Both the position numbers and the translations under genes were made by a program. The notes beneath the pieces are model-generated. The model was given only the letters and a program-made list of their open reading frames with translations, ran no database searches and was not told the DNA's origin. From Terriglobia bacterium (GTDB taxonomy: Bacteria > Acidobacteriota > Polarisedimenticolia > Polarisedimenticolales > JAIQFR01): a DNA stretch of 64,000 bases. Positions 38,826 through 48,107 of this stretch are shown in pieces; the first letter of the stretch is position 1, and each line of letters starts with the position of its first letter. The stretch is taken from positions 1,024,001 to 1,088,000 of the forward strand of contig CAVVHE010000004.1 of assembly GCA_963748015.1 (NCBI GenBank), in the 5' to 3' direction.

Positions 38826-41108
38826 CTATCGCCTAAACCTAGGCATACGAAGGACATCCAGCACGTTCGAATAATCATCCGTCCAGAGATACCGTGGGTC
38901 TTCGCCCGGGGCGGCCCAGCGTGGGTCTCGGGCCAGGACCTCGAGGCGAGCGGGCCCCCGGGCCAGGACCGCCCAGGTGGACCCGTCCTTCCCCTCGAAC
39001 AGCTCCTTGGGGGCCTCGACCCTGTCCGTGCGGACGAACACGGCGAGGTCCAGGCTCCGCGCGACCGCGCCGATCACCGGGGCCAGGTTCATGAACCCGT
39101 TGGTCAGGTGGACCGCCAGGATCCCGTCCGGCGAGAGCTTCCTTAGGTAGAGCTCGACGGCCTCGCGCGTCAGCAGGTGCACCGGGATCGCGTCCGAGCT
39201 GAACGCGTCGAGGACGATGAGACCGTACTTCCCGTCGGGCTCGCGTCCGAGGAGCAGGCGGCCGTCGCCGGGCACGGTCTCGATGGCCGCCTTCGAGTCG
39301 GCCAGGTAGGTGAAGAAGCGCGGGTCGCGCGCGATCCGGATCACGGCGGGGTCGATCTCGAAGTACGTGAAGCGCTGCCCGGGGAGCCCGTACGCGGCGA
39401 TCGTCCCCGCGCCGAGGCCGACGAGACCGATCTCCCCCGGCGGAGGCGAGGGAAGGAGCTCGGAGAAGACCTGCCCGAGCGGTCCGCTCGGGTGGTAGTA
39501 GGTCGTCGGCACGCCGCGGAGATCCGCGTCGAGCGCCTGCGTGCCGTGCCGCGTCGCGCCGTGGATCAGGACGTGGAACTCGACCTGCCGGGCCGTCTCG
39601 CGCCCGCCCGCGTCCACCAGCTTGAAGGGCAGTCCGACCGTCGTCGCGACGCGGTGAACGCCGAAGAACGTCCTCTCGCGGTGGAGGCTCGCCGTGGGCG
39701 CGGCGCTCTCCATCCAGCCTCCGACGAGCAGCACCGAGAGCGCCAGCGCGAACCTCGTGCGCCAGCCGATCAGCGCCAGCGCGATGAGAGCCGGCCCGCC
39801 GGCGCGGACGGCGAGCACGCCCCAGGAACCCTCGTTCCCCGGAGCGGGACGGAGAAGCTGCAGGAAGAGGAGCAGCCCCGCGAACGCCAGCGGTACCGCG
39901 AGATCGAGAAGGCGCGACGCGCGCGAGGGCGCGCGCGAGGCCTCTTCCTTCCAGCGCGGGCGCAGAAGGCACGCGGCCGCGAGCGCGATCGGGTACTCGG
40001 CGACGCTGCGGAAGATCGCGGGGGCGAGCAGCGCGTTGAACACGCCGCCCAGCGCCCCGCCCAGCGCGACGAGGAGGTAGAACTCGGTCAGGCGGCTCGC
40101 GCGCGGCCGCTCCTCCGCGAGGCGGCCGTGGCAGGTCAAGCCGATGGCGAAGAGCGTCGCCAGGTGGAGCGGGAGCAGCAGGAACCCCTTCCCGCGGGTC
40201 GAGGCCATGAAGCTCGCCGCCACGAGCGCCGCGAGCACGGCGAGAACCGTTCCGCTGTGCCGCGCAGGAACCCGCCATCGCGGCGAGAAGACCAGGACGA
40301 ACGTCAGGAGGTAGATCGCGAGCGGGACCACCCAGAGGAGCGGCACCGCCGCGATGTCCGAGGTGACGTACTGCGTCGTGCCGAGGAGGGCGCTCGACGG
40401 CACCAGCGCGAGGAGCACCCAGAGCAGGCGCCGGCGCCACGACGGCGCGTCGTCCGCGTCGTGCTCCACCGCGATGGCAGGCGCGGCCGCGGGGCCCGCG
40501 CTCCTCGCCGCGGCGACGGCGCAGGCCGCGGCGGCGACGCCGAACGCGGCGTAGCCGGCCGACCAGAGCGTGCTCTGCGAGAGCGCGCCGGCGGCCGCCG
40601 CGGCCCTAAGCGGCCAGCGCGGCTCGATCACCAGCGGGTAGAGGAGCAGCCCGGCCAGACTCCCCGCGTTGCTCGCGGCGTAGAGGAAGTACGGATCGGA
40701 CGCCCTCGCGTGCCCGCTCCCCGAGAACCAGCGCTGGAGGAGCGGCCCGGTCGTCGAGAGGACGAAGAACGGCGCGCCGGCGACGAGCGCGAGCGTGCCG
40801 AGCATCCAGGGGATCGGGCTCCCCTCCCCCCGCGGCGCGGCGCCGAGGGGTAGGGCGAGCGGCAGCGCGAGCATCGACAGGGCGAGGACCGCGGCGTGCG
40901 TCAGCGCCTGCGCGCGCGGGTTTAGGCGGCGCGTCAGCAGGTGCGCGTAGGCGTATCCCGCCAGGAGCACCGCCTGGTAGAAGACCATGCAGGTGTTCCA
41001 GACGGCGGGGCTCCCGCCGAGGAGCGGCAGCAGCATCTTCGCGACCATCGGCTCGACGGTGAAGAGCAGCAGCGCGCTCAGCAGGGTGACGAGAACGTAG
41101 AGGATCAT
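38826..41108 (-). CDS. Fused membrane/spermidine-synthase-like protein (copy 3)
   Basis: LSALLLFTVEPMVAKMLLPLLGGSPAVW, YAASNAGS, CHGRL, RTFFG, HGTQ, GLGAGT, FEIDP, GDGR, LDAFSSDAIPVHLLTREA, WTDDYSN. Confidence 0.87.
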   Translation of the reverse strand: MILYVLVTLLSALLLFTVEPMVAKMLLPLLGGSPAVWNTCMVFYQAVLLAGYAYAHLLTRRLNPRAQALTHAAVLALSMLALPLALPLGAAPRGEGSPIPWMLGTLALVAGAPFFVLSTTGPLLQRWFSGSGHARASDPYFLYAASNAGSLAGLLLYPLVIEPRWPLRAAAAAGALSQSTLWSAGYAAFGVAAAACAVAAARSAGPAAAPAIAVEHDADDAPSWRRRLLWVLLALVPSSALLGTTQYVTSDIAAVPLLWVVPLAIYLLTFVLVFSPRWRVPARHSGTVLAVLAALVAASFMASTRGKGFLLLPLHLATLFAIGLTCHGRLAEERPRASRLTEFYLLVALGGALGGVFNALLAPAIFRSVAEYPIALAAACLLRPRWKEEASRAPSRASRLLDLAVPLAFAGLLLFLQLLRPAPGNEGSWGVLAVRAGGPALIALALIGWRTRFALALSVLLVGGWMESAAPTASLHRERTFFGVHRVATTVGLPFKLVDAGGRETARQVEFHVLIHGATRHGTQALDADLRGVPTTYYHPSGPLGQVFSELLPSPPPGEIGLVGLGAGTIAAYGLPGQRFTYFEIDPAVIRIARDPRFFTYLADSKAAIETVPGDGRLLLGREPDGKYGLIVLDAFSSDAIPVHLLTREAVELYLRKLSPDGILAVHLTNGFMNLAPVIGAVARSLDLAVFVRTDRVEAPKELFEGKDGSTWAVLARGPARLEVLARDPRWAAPGEDPRYLWTDDYSNVLDVLRMPRFRR

Positions 41109-42934
41109 GGCGCGAGCCTCGCCAGCTCCCGGCGGGCGCGGTCGCCGGCGGGACCTGGGACGGCGGCCTTTCGAAGGACCTCGATCGCCTCCTCCTTCCG
41201 CCCGAGCGCGGAGAGGTTCGCGCCGAGGGCCGTGCCCGCCCTCGCGTCTTGGGGCATGAGCGCGGCCGCTCTCTCGAGGTGGGGCTCGGCCTCCCGCGGC
41301 CGCCCGGCGTCGTGGAGCAGCGTGCCGAGGAGAAGGTGCCCCGCGGCGGAATCCGGATCGAGCCGGATCGCCTCGCGCAGCCGGCTCTCCGCCTCCTCCC
41401 GCCGGCCGAGGAGGGCCAGCACGCGCCCGAGCTCGGCCAGGACCGGCGAGTCCTGCGGGAAGAGGCGCAGCGCCTCCTCGTAGCGGGCGCGCGCCTCGTC
41501 GAGCCGGCCGGCCTTCGCGAGCGCCCAGCCGAGATTCACGACGCCGGTCCGGAAGGTCGGCGCCAGAGAGGCGGCGCGGGCCAGCAGCGGGAGCGCCTCG
41601 TCCACGCGCCCCGCCTCCGCGAGCCAGAGGCCGTAGTTGAACAGCGCATGGACGTTCTCGGGAGCCCTCGCGACGCCGCGCGAGAGGAGGGCCTCCGAGT
41701 CGCGCCACGTCGCGAGCTGCGCGCGCGTGACGAGCGACAGCGCGAGGATCGCGGCCGCGGACCCGAGCACCGCCAGGCCGCGCGCCGCCGAGCCGCGGCC
41801 CTCGACGGCGCCGAGCGCCGCCCAGGCGACGACGACGAAGATCCCGATCAGGGGAAGATACGCGTACCGGTCGGCGACGAGCTGCGTGCCGAACGGGACC
41901 AGGCCAGAGACCGGCAGGAGCGCGGCCCCGTACCACGCGACGCCCGCGGCGACGACGGGGCGGCGGCGGAAGAGGACGATCGCCAGTCCGGCCGCCGCCA
42001 GCAGGAGCGCGGCCGACAGCGCGACCTTCGCGGCCGCTCCCGCGCCGAGGTCCATCGGGTAGAAGAGCGAGAGGCCGGCGGGCCAGACCGTCCGCGCCGG
42101 GTACCACGCGTACGAGAAGACCGCGTGCGCGAGACGCTCCGCGAGCGGGTGCGACTCGAGCGTTCCGAGCGCCTCCCCCTGCTTCTGAGCGAGGAGCGTG
42201 ACGGCCGAAGCGGCGGCCGCGAGCGCCGCGAACGGGACCTTCTCGAGGAGTAGCCGGCCGGGCGGGACGGCGCGTTTCTCCCCTCGGAACCTCTCGAGCG
42301 GCCAGAGGTCGATCGCGAGCAGGAGGAGCGGCACGACGACGGCCGTCGGCTTCGCGGCGAGCGCGCCTGCGTACGCGGCCAGCGAGGCGGCGTAGCGAAA
42401 CGCTCCCCCGCGCCGCGTCCAAGCCGCGTACGCGAGGAGGGACAGCAGCACGAGGGCCAGGCTCAGAACGGCCTTGCGCTGCGAGACCCACGCCACCGAC
42501 TCGACCTGGAGCGGGTGGACCGCGAAGAGCGCGGACGCGAGCGCCGCCGGCGCCGCGCGTCCCGTCGCGCCGCGGAGCAGGAGGAACAGCAGGGCGGCGT
42601 TCAGGGCGTGGAGCAGGGCGTTGACGGCGTGGTGGGCTCCCGGCCGGAGGCCGAAGAAGGAGACGTCGGCCATGTGGGACAGCAGGGTCAGGGGATGCCA
42701 GTTCCCGACGTGGAAGGCGGTCATCGCCCAGCCCGCGTTCGCCCAGGTCAGGCCCTGCGAGACGTGCGGGTCGGTCGCCACGTACTCGAAGTCGTCGTAG
42801 CGCACGAAGCCGAAGCCGAGAACCGGCGCGTAGAGGAGCAGCGTGCCCGACGCGAGGACGAGGGCGAGGATCGCCGCGGCGCCGCGGGACGACGCGCGCG
42901 CGCCCGCTTCCGATCCGATCCCGTCGAGGCCCAT
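41105..42934 (-). CDS. TMTC-like GT-C glycosyltransferase with TPRs (copy 4)
   Basis: FVRYDD, NWHPLT, HAVNALLH, LFAVHPLQVESVAW..QRK, ADRYAYLP, multiple TPRs. Confidence 0.85.
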   Translation of the reverse strand: MGLDGIGSEAGARASSRGAAAILALVLASGTLLLYAPVLGFGFVRYDDFEYVATDPHVSQGLTWANAGWAMTAFHVGNWHPLTLLSHMADVSFFGLRPGAHHAVNALLHALNAALLFLLLRGATGRAAPAALASALFAVHPLQVESVAWVSQRKAVLSLALVLLSLLAYAAWTRRGGAFRYAASLAAYAGALAAKPTAVVVPLLLLAIDLWPLERFRGEKRAVPPGRLLLEKVPFAALAAAASAVTLLAQKQGEALGTLESHPLAERLAHAVFSYAWYPARTVWPAGLSLFYPMDLGAGAAAKVALSAALLLAAAGLAIVLFRRRPVVAAGVAWYGAALLPVSGLVPFGTQLVADRYAYLPLIGIFVVVAWAALGAVEGRGSAARGLAVLGSAAAILALSLVTRAQLATWRDSEALLSRGVARAPENVHALFNYGLWLAEAGRVDEALPLLARAASLAPTFRTGVVNLGWALAKAGRLDEARARYEEALRLFPQDSPVLAELGRVLALLGRREEAESRLREAIRLDPDSAAGHLLLGTLLHDAGRPREAEPHLERAAALMPQDARAGTALGANLSALGRKEEAIEVLRKAAVPGPAGDRARRELARLAP

Positions 42935-42954
42935 GCGGGCGCTTCGCCCCGGCC

Positions 42955-43533
42955 TCACCGGCGGTCCGGGGGGCCGAGGAGGGTCCTGAGACGGTCCCTC
43001 GCCCGCCCGAGATGCCTGCGGACGGTGATGCGGGTGATCCCGAGCGAGCGGGCGACGTCGAGGGTCTCGAGGCCCTCGAGCTCCTTGAGGATGAACACCG
43101 CCCGCTCCCTCTCGCTCAGCGCGCCGAGCGCCGCCTCGAGCCGATCGCGGAGGCTCCGCCCCTCGGCCTCCCGCTCCGGTCCGGGGCCGGCGTGCGCCGC
43201 CCGGTCCGCCGTCCCGTCGGCCCACGGGACCTCGTCGCGCGCCCGCCGGCCGGTCCGGAGATGGTAGTCGTACGACGAGTTCACGGTGACGCGATAGAGC
43301 CAGCCCGCGAACGGATTTCCGGACTTGAAGCCGGAGAGGTGGCGAAAGACCCGGATGAAGACCTCCTGCGCCACGTCCTCGCGGTCCCGCGACGGGACCC
43401 CCATGAGCCGCAGGACGCGCAGGACCCTCCCCTGGTGGCGGTCGAGCAGCGACTCGAACGCGCGGACGCTACCGTCGCGCGCCGCGGCCACGAGCTCGTC
43501 GTCGGAGACTTCGGGACCCAGCGAGTCGGCCAA
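42955..43533 (-). CDS. ECF (sigma-70 group 4) sigma factor
   Basis: EDVAQEVFIRV, FAGWLYRVTVN, and region 4 LSERERAVFILKELEGL...TVRRHLGRAR. Confidence 0.92.
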   Translation of the reverse strand: MADSLGPEVSDDELVAAARDGSVRAFESLLDRHQGRVLRVLRLMGVPSRDREDVAQEVFIRVFRHLSGFKSGNPFAGWLYRVTVNSSYDYHLRTGRRARDEVPWADGTADRAAHAGPGPEREAEGRSLRDRLEAALGALSERERAVFILKELEGLETLDVARSLGITRITVRRHLGRARDRLRTLLGPPDRR

Positions 43534-43562
43534 GCGGACCTCGGGAGCTCAAGGTCCCCATT

Positions 43563-46500
43563 CTAGAACGAGCTGAGACTGCCCTTCGCGTCCACCGAGA
43601 GGACCGAGTAGTACTGGGTCGTGGCCGGCGTGCCGAGGTCCACCGAGGTGCCGGTGGGCGAGGCGATCTTCGGAACGAGGCCGTCGCGGATGTCGGCGCG
43701 CGTGAAGCGGTGATCGGTCGCGTAGACCTCGTAGTGGTCGATCGTCGCCGGGAGGCCCGGCGGGTTGAACGTCGTGGTCACGGGAGCCCACGAGAGCACG
43801 ACGTGGCCGGTCACCTTGTCCGCGAGAAGGACGTCGATGCCGTTCGGGAGCTGGTTCCCGAGGCCGCCCGGGTTCCCGGCCGCGTCGATCGCGCGGACGG
43901 CGTACACGTAGTCCGGCTTCCCGGCCGCCAGCGCGAGGGGATCCGTGAAGCCGGCGCCGGTCGTCGTGCCGAGGAGCGTCGCGGTCGCGAGCGTGAAGGT
44001 CGGAGAGAGGGCGCGGTAGACCTCGTACCGCGCGATCGTGGCGCTCTTCCCGTAGATGTCCGTCGTGACCGCGGTCCAGGACAGGACGGCGTCCGAGCCG
44101 GACTTGTCCACGAGGAGGGTGTCGATGAACCCCGGGGACCTCACGCCGCGAACGAACGTCGGGACCCCGGTCTGCTCCGGCGTCGAGTACGCCGAGGTCT
44201 TGAGAGAGGTGTTGGTCGCCGTCAGGGCGACGTAGTAGCGGACGCCGTCCTGCAGGCCGGAGAGCTGGTACGCGTTATTCGTTCCGGAGCTGACGCTGAA
44301 GGTGTAGCTCCCCGGCGCGGTGCCGTACCAGATCGTGTAGTTCTTGAGATCCGTCTCCGCGTTCGCGCTCCAGGCGAGGTTCAGGCGGCCGCCCGTCTCC
44401 GGGTCGGAGACCACGAGGCCGGTCGGCGGCGCCGGCGGGTTCGGGTTGAGCGGGGTCGCCTGCGCGCAGTCCGGCCCGCTCACCGCGCAGTCGGTGTTGA
44501 AGTTCGACCACCGGCTCTCGAACCCCTCCAGGTCCACCGCGACCAGGTAGTAGAAGTAGGTCTTGGCGTTCAGGACCGCCGTGTCGGAATAGGTCGTGCC
44601 GGTCCGCCCGGCGGCGATGCGGGTGTAAGAGGTCGGCGTGCCGAGCGCGCGCCAGACGTCGTACTTGATCGTCCCGGGGGTGGTACTCGCCTGCCACGAG
44701 AGGTTCACCACCGCGTTCCCCGCGACGGCGGTCACGGCGGTCGCCGGGGCGACGGCCTTCAGGGCTAGGCGCTGCGCCGGGTCGCCGAGGAGCGTCCACC
44801 CCTGGCATCCCTCGTAGTCCAGGTTGCCGCACAACATCGAGATCGTGTCCAGCGTGGGAACGTCGAGGGTGCGCGCCTTGCGGCTTCCGAAGAGATCTCC
44901 CCAGATCACGTCGGCGACGGCGTGGTGCGCCGTGGAGTAGGACACGCCGGTGGGCGCCGATACGGCGACCGCCCCTCCCGTCCCGCTCTTCAGCCAGTCT
45001 TCCCCCATCGAGTTCAGCATCGTCGTGTGGAAGCCGCCCGTGAGGCAGTTCAGGGCGATCAGCCACGGCGGCTTGGTGACGTTGGTCAGGTCGGGGATGT
45101 CGAACCGGACGTACCCCGAGTCGAAGATGACGTCGTCCGACCAAACCTGGAAGTTCCCATGCCCCACGTACTGCACGATGGCGGCGCCGTCGGTGAACCC
45201 TCCCGTCCCGTTGACCGCGGCCTTGATGTCGGCGGTCATCTGCGGGCGGTTGCAGGAGGTCGAGCCGCAGTAGTCGCTCCAGTAGCGGAGCTTGTCGAAG
45301 GTGTACGGGGGCGCCTTCATGTAGGCCGACGACTGGTCGTTGGTGGCCTCGAAATCGAGGCCGTCCGTCGGGTCGATCCTGCCGGCGACGGTGTGCCCGC
45401 GGTCCGAGACGAACAGGGCGTGGCGCGTCCAGAGGCCCGGGGCGGTCGCGCTCTCGTAGTTGAAGATCTTCGTCAGGACCGCGCCGGCCTCGGCGTCGGA
45501 GCGCGCGGGAATGCGCCCCACCACGAGGTCCGCGAGATGGTCCGTTCCGATCACGGCGGCCAGGGCGTTGTCGCTCGCGAGGTACGCGAGCTGGTAGTCG
45601 CTGTTGAGCAGGTTCACGGTCGGGACGTAATCGCTGACCGCGGCGGTCGTGTCGTTGTGCTTCGGGTCGTACGAGCCGTCGCCGATCAGGAGAACGTAGA
45701 ACGGCTTCGGGCCCGCCCACCCCTCGCCCGGCGCGGCGGACATCACCCAGCCCAGGAACTTGCGGATCGCGTCCGGCCCGTAGAGCCCGTCGTTGAACTC
45801 GTCCTGCACGTCCTGGAGCATCACGATCTTCGACGTGATCCCCTGCTGGGCGAGCCTCAGGGCGAGGAGCTGGTTCAGCTTGGTCGTGGCCGCGGAGCCC
45901 AGGACGTCCGGGCGCGAGATCACGATCATGTCCGCCTGGTTCGCGTTGTTGCGGAGGTCCGAGACGGTGTCGGCGGCGAAGTCCGGATCGGCGGGGACCG
46001 ACACGCCCCCGGAGCCCGCGACCACGAACCGCCTCGCGCTCCCCGCGGGGATTCCCGGGTCCTGCGCCACGTGGAAGCGCACCGCGTACGGCCCGATCCC
46101 CGTCACCGCCGCGCCGGTGAGGCGCGTGGGGCTCGAGATCCCCGTCGCGCCGGCCCTCGCGGTGAGCTCGTAGACGGAAGGAGGACTCGCAGGGCCGCTC
46201 GCGAAGCCCGAGATCTCGAACTCGGCGTCCCCGTTCGGGTAGTCGAACGTCAGCGCGTCGCCCGAGGCGACGAACGCCCGCCGGTAGCGGATCTCGATCC
46301 AGTCGAGGATCATCGAGTTCACGGAGCCCGAGACCGTCACCGCCTCGCTCTTCACGTAGGCGGGGTCCTGCAGAACCGGGCCGCTCGCGGGATACGTCCA
46401 GGTGAAGTCGTGCGTGTAGACCATCCGGCCGTCGAACGACCCGTCGTCGTTGTTCGTCGCGAGGTTGTGCCCCGCGGTGCCGTCGTACTGCAGGGTGATC

Positions 46501-47858
46501 CGGCTGCGGTGGTCCGGGTTGATGGTCGCGGACTCGCTGATGCCGCGAAGCCGGACGATCACGCGGGCCGGGAGGGTCCCCGAGGCGAGCCCCGGTAGCG
46601 GGACCGCGTCGGTGCGGGACGCCGGGGCCGAGAAGAACGGCTTCCAGTACCACGGGTCGTTCGCGGAGAGAGGGAACCAGGCGTTGTCCACCTCCCGGTG
46701 CGAGACCGCCTCGAAATCCGCGGCCGGCGTCGCGCCGAGCGGTGCCGCGGGGACCTCGGGCATGCGGGCCCGCACGCCGGTCTCGACCGTCAGGAAGTAG
46801 ACGTTCTCGTCGGTGACGTCCGCGTACTCGTAGAGATTGAGCGACGCCCCGCCCTGATCCTGGTTCAGGGTCGTCTTCGGATCGAAGTCGAGGGCCTGGC
46901 CGTAGAACTGCACCCACTCGGGCTGGCCGGGGTTGTTGTCGAGTATGTCGTTCCCGTCGGGGTCGTGCACCTCGAGCGGAACCTCGACGCCGTTGCTCGT
47001 CAGCTTCCAGGACGAGAGGTTGTAGGCCGGGAAGCCGCTGGCGGCCATCCTCGCGTAGTCGAGGCGGATGACGCCGTTGCTCCGGACCTTGATCCTGTAG
47101 CGGGGCGTGGTGTCGAGGGCGGACGACGCCATCGGCGCCGGGAGCGCGTCGGGAGACGCGGCGCTCCGGAGGCGGAACGACCGGCCCTGCTCGTAGTTGA
47201 CGAAAGAAGTGCGGTAGGCGCTCTCGATCCTGGGATCGGCGGGCGCCTCGACCCTGTCTCCGCTGTCCCCGTCGAAGTGGACGGTCACGGTGAAGCCGCG
47301 GGCGATACGGACGCCGTTCCGCGCGCGGTCGAACCGGACGGGAGACAGGTGGACCTCGACGTACCGCTGGTCTCGGAAGACGCCGGTCTCGCCCAGCCAG
47401 GCGACCTCGGCGGGAAAGGTGCCCGGCCCCTCGTAGAAGTCCCTCGACTCGCGGCGGGCTTCGGCGATCCGAGGCTCCGCCCCGGGTCCGGCCGAATCGA
47501 CGAGCCGTGTCGCCACGGGGCGAGGACGAATCCCAGGTCGAAGATCTTCGCCCTCGAGTCGAACCTCGAGACGCGGCACTACGCCTTCGGGAAGGGCTAC
47601 CCGAACGACTTTTCTGGGAAGATCGGGTACTTCGGGGCGCCTGTCCAGCGCCCCGAAGCCCTCGATCCTGATGGCGAAGTGCCCTTCCGGGTCTTCCGCC
47701 AGCGAAACCGCCGGAGTCGTAACCCGAAAGGTGAACCCCGCGGCCTCCCGCGGCCCCCCGCTCGGGTTGACGACTGGTTCGGACGAGGAGCCCACTCCGC
47801 GTCCGGCTGTTGTCGCTAGCAACAAGGCCCAGAAGGCGAACCTTCTGGGGAATCTCAT
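43563..47858 (-). CDS. Large secreted C25 (gingipain-like) cysteine protease with propeptide and C-terminal FN3/Ig-like repeats
   Basis: Signal peptide, propeptide-like PDLPRKVVRVALP, LLIGDGSYD, VGRIPA, catalytic-like YVGHG and LNC, LLGDPA, and FN3-like VNLSW...Y.YYLVAVD repeats. Confidence 0.85.
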   Translation of the reverse strand: MRFPRRFAFWALLLATTAGRGVGSSSEPVVNPSGGPREAAGFTFRVTTPAVSLAEDPEGHFAIRIEGFGALDRRPEVPDLPRKVVRVALPEGVVPRLEVRLEGEDLRPGIRPRPVATRLVDSAGPGAEPRIAEARRESRDFYEGPGTFPAEVAWLGETGVFRDQRYVEVHLSPVRFDRARNGVRIARGFTVTVHFDGDSGDRVEAPADPRIESAYRTSFVNYEQGRSFRLRSAASPDALPAPMASSALDTTPRYRIKVRSNGVIRLDYARMAASGFPAYNLSSWKLTSNGVEVPLEVHDPDGNDILDNNPGQPEWVQFYGQALDFDPKTTLNQDQGGASLNLYEYADVTDENVYFLTVETGVRARMPEVPAAPLGATPAADFEAVSHREVDNAWFPLSANDPWYWKPFFSAPASRTDAVPLPGLASGTLPARVIVRLRGISESATINPDHRSRITLQYDGTAGHNLATNNDDGSFDGRMVYTHDFTWTYPASGPVLQDPAYVKSEAVTVSGSVNSMILDWIEIRYRRAFVASGDALTFDYPNGDAEFEISGFASGPASPPSVYELTARAGATGISSPTRLTGAAVTGIGPYAVRFHVAQDPGIPAGSARRFVVAGSGGVSVPADPDFAADTVSDLRNNANQADMIVISRPDVLGSAATTKLNQLLALRLAQQGITSKIVMLQDVQDEFNDGLYGPDAIRKFLGWVMSAAPGEGWAGPKPFYVLLIGDGSYDPKHNDTTAAVSDYVPTVNLLNSDYQLAYLASDNALAAVIGTDHLADLVVGRIPARSDAEAGAVLTKIFNYESATAPGLWTRHALFVSDRGHTVAGRIDPTDGLDFEATNDQSSAYMKAPPYTFDKLRYWSDYCGSTSCNRPQMTADIKAAVNGTGGFTDGAAIVQYVGHGNFQVWSDDVIFDSGYVRFDIPDLTNVTKPPWLIALNCLTGGFHTTMLNSMGEDWLKSGTGGAVAVSAPTGVSYSTAHHAVADVIWGDLFGSRKARTLDVPTLDTISMLCGNLDYEGCQGWTLLGDPAQRLALKAVAPATAVTAVAGNAVVNLSWQASTTPGTIKYDVWRALGTPTSYTRIAAGRTGTTYSDTAVLNAKTYFYYLVAVDLEGFESRWSNFNTDCAVSGPDCAQATPLNPNPPAPPTGLVVSDPETGGRLNLAWSANAETDLKNYTIWYGTAPGSYTFSVSSGTNNAYQLSGLQDGVRYYVALTATNTSLKTSAYSTPEQTGVPTFVRGVRSPGFIDTLLVDKSGSDAVLSWTAVTTDIYGKSATIARYEVYRALSPTFTLATATLLGTTTGAGFTDPLALAAGKPDYVYAVRAIDAAGNPGGLGNQLPNGIDVLLADKVTGHVVLSWAPVTTTFNPPGLPATIDHYEVYATDHRFTRADIRDGLVPKIASPTGTSVDLGTPATTQYYSVLSVDAKGSLSSF

Positions 47859-47912
47859 CGCTACCCTACGGGGTGCCGCCGCCGAGTGCCGCGGAGGCCC
47901 CCTGGTCAGACC

Positions 47913-48026
47913 TTAGCTCTGGATCGGGCCCGCTCCGCAGCTAGCATCCGCCTTCGAACAAGCGAGGGCCCGGGCTTCCAGCTTCTCCGTGTGGACGATC
48001 GCGGGACGCTCGTAACTCTTTTTCAT
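47913..48026 (-). CDS. Putative RiPP precursor peptide, 37 aa
   Basis: Hand-translated as MKKSYERPAIVHTEKLEARALACSKADASCGAGPIQS*. AGGGGGAGG RBS. YxxP leader motif and two Cys. Sits between the radical SAM gene and the C25 gene on the same strand. Confidence 0.8.
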   Translation of the reverse strand: MKKSYERPAIVHTEKLEARALACSKADASCGAGPIQS

Positions 48027-48107
48027 TCGCCTCCCCCTGACCTAGTCTTAAACCTGTTTGAACTAAGTACTTAGCTACATTTCCGCGCCAGATTGCCCGG
48101 CGCAAGC

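Noticed and set aside
43563..47858. Type IX secretion substrate
   Set aside because: No recognisable T9SS C-terminal domain. The C-terminus consists of FN3/Ig-like repeats.
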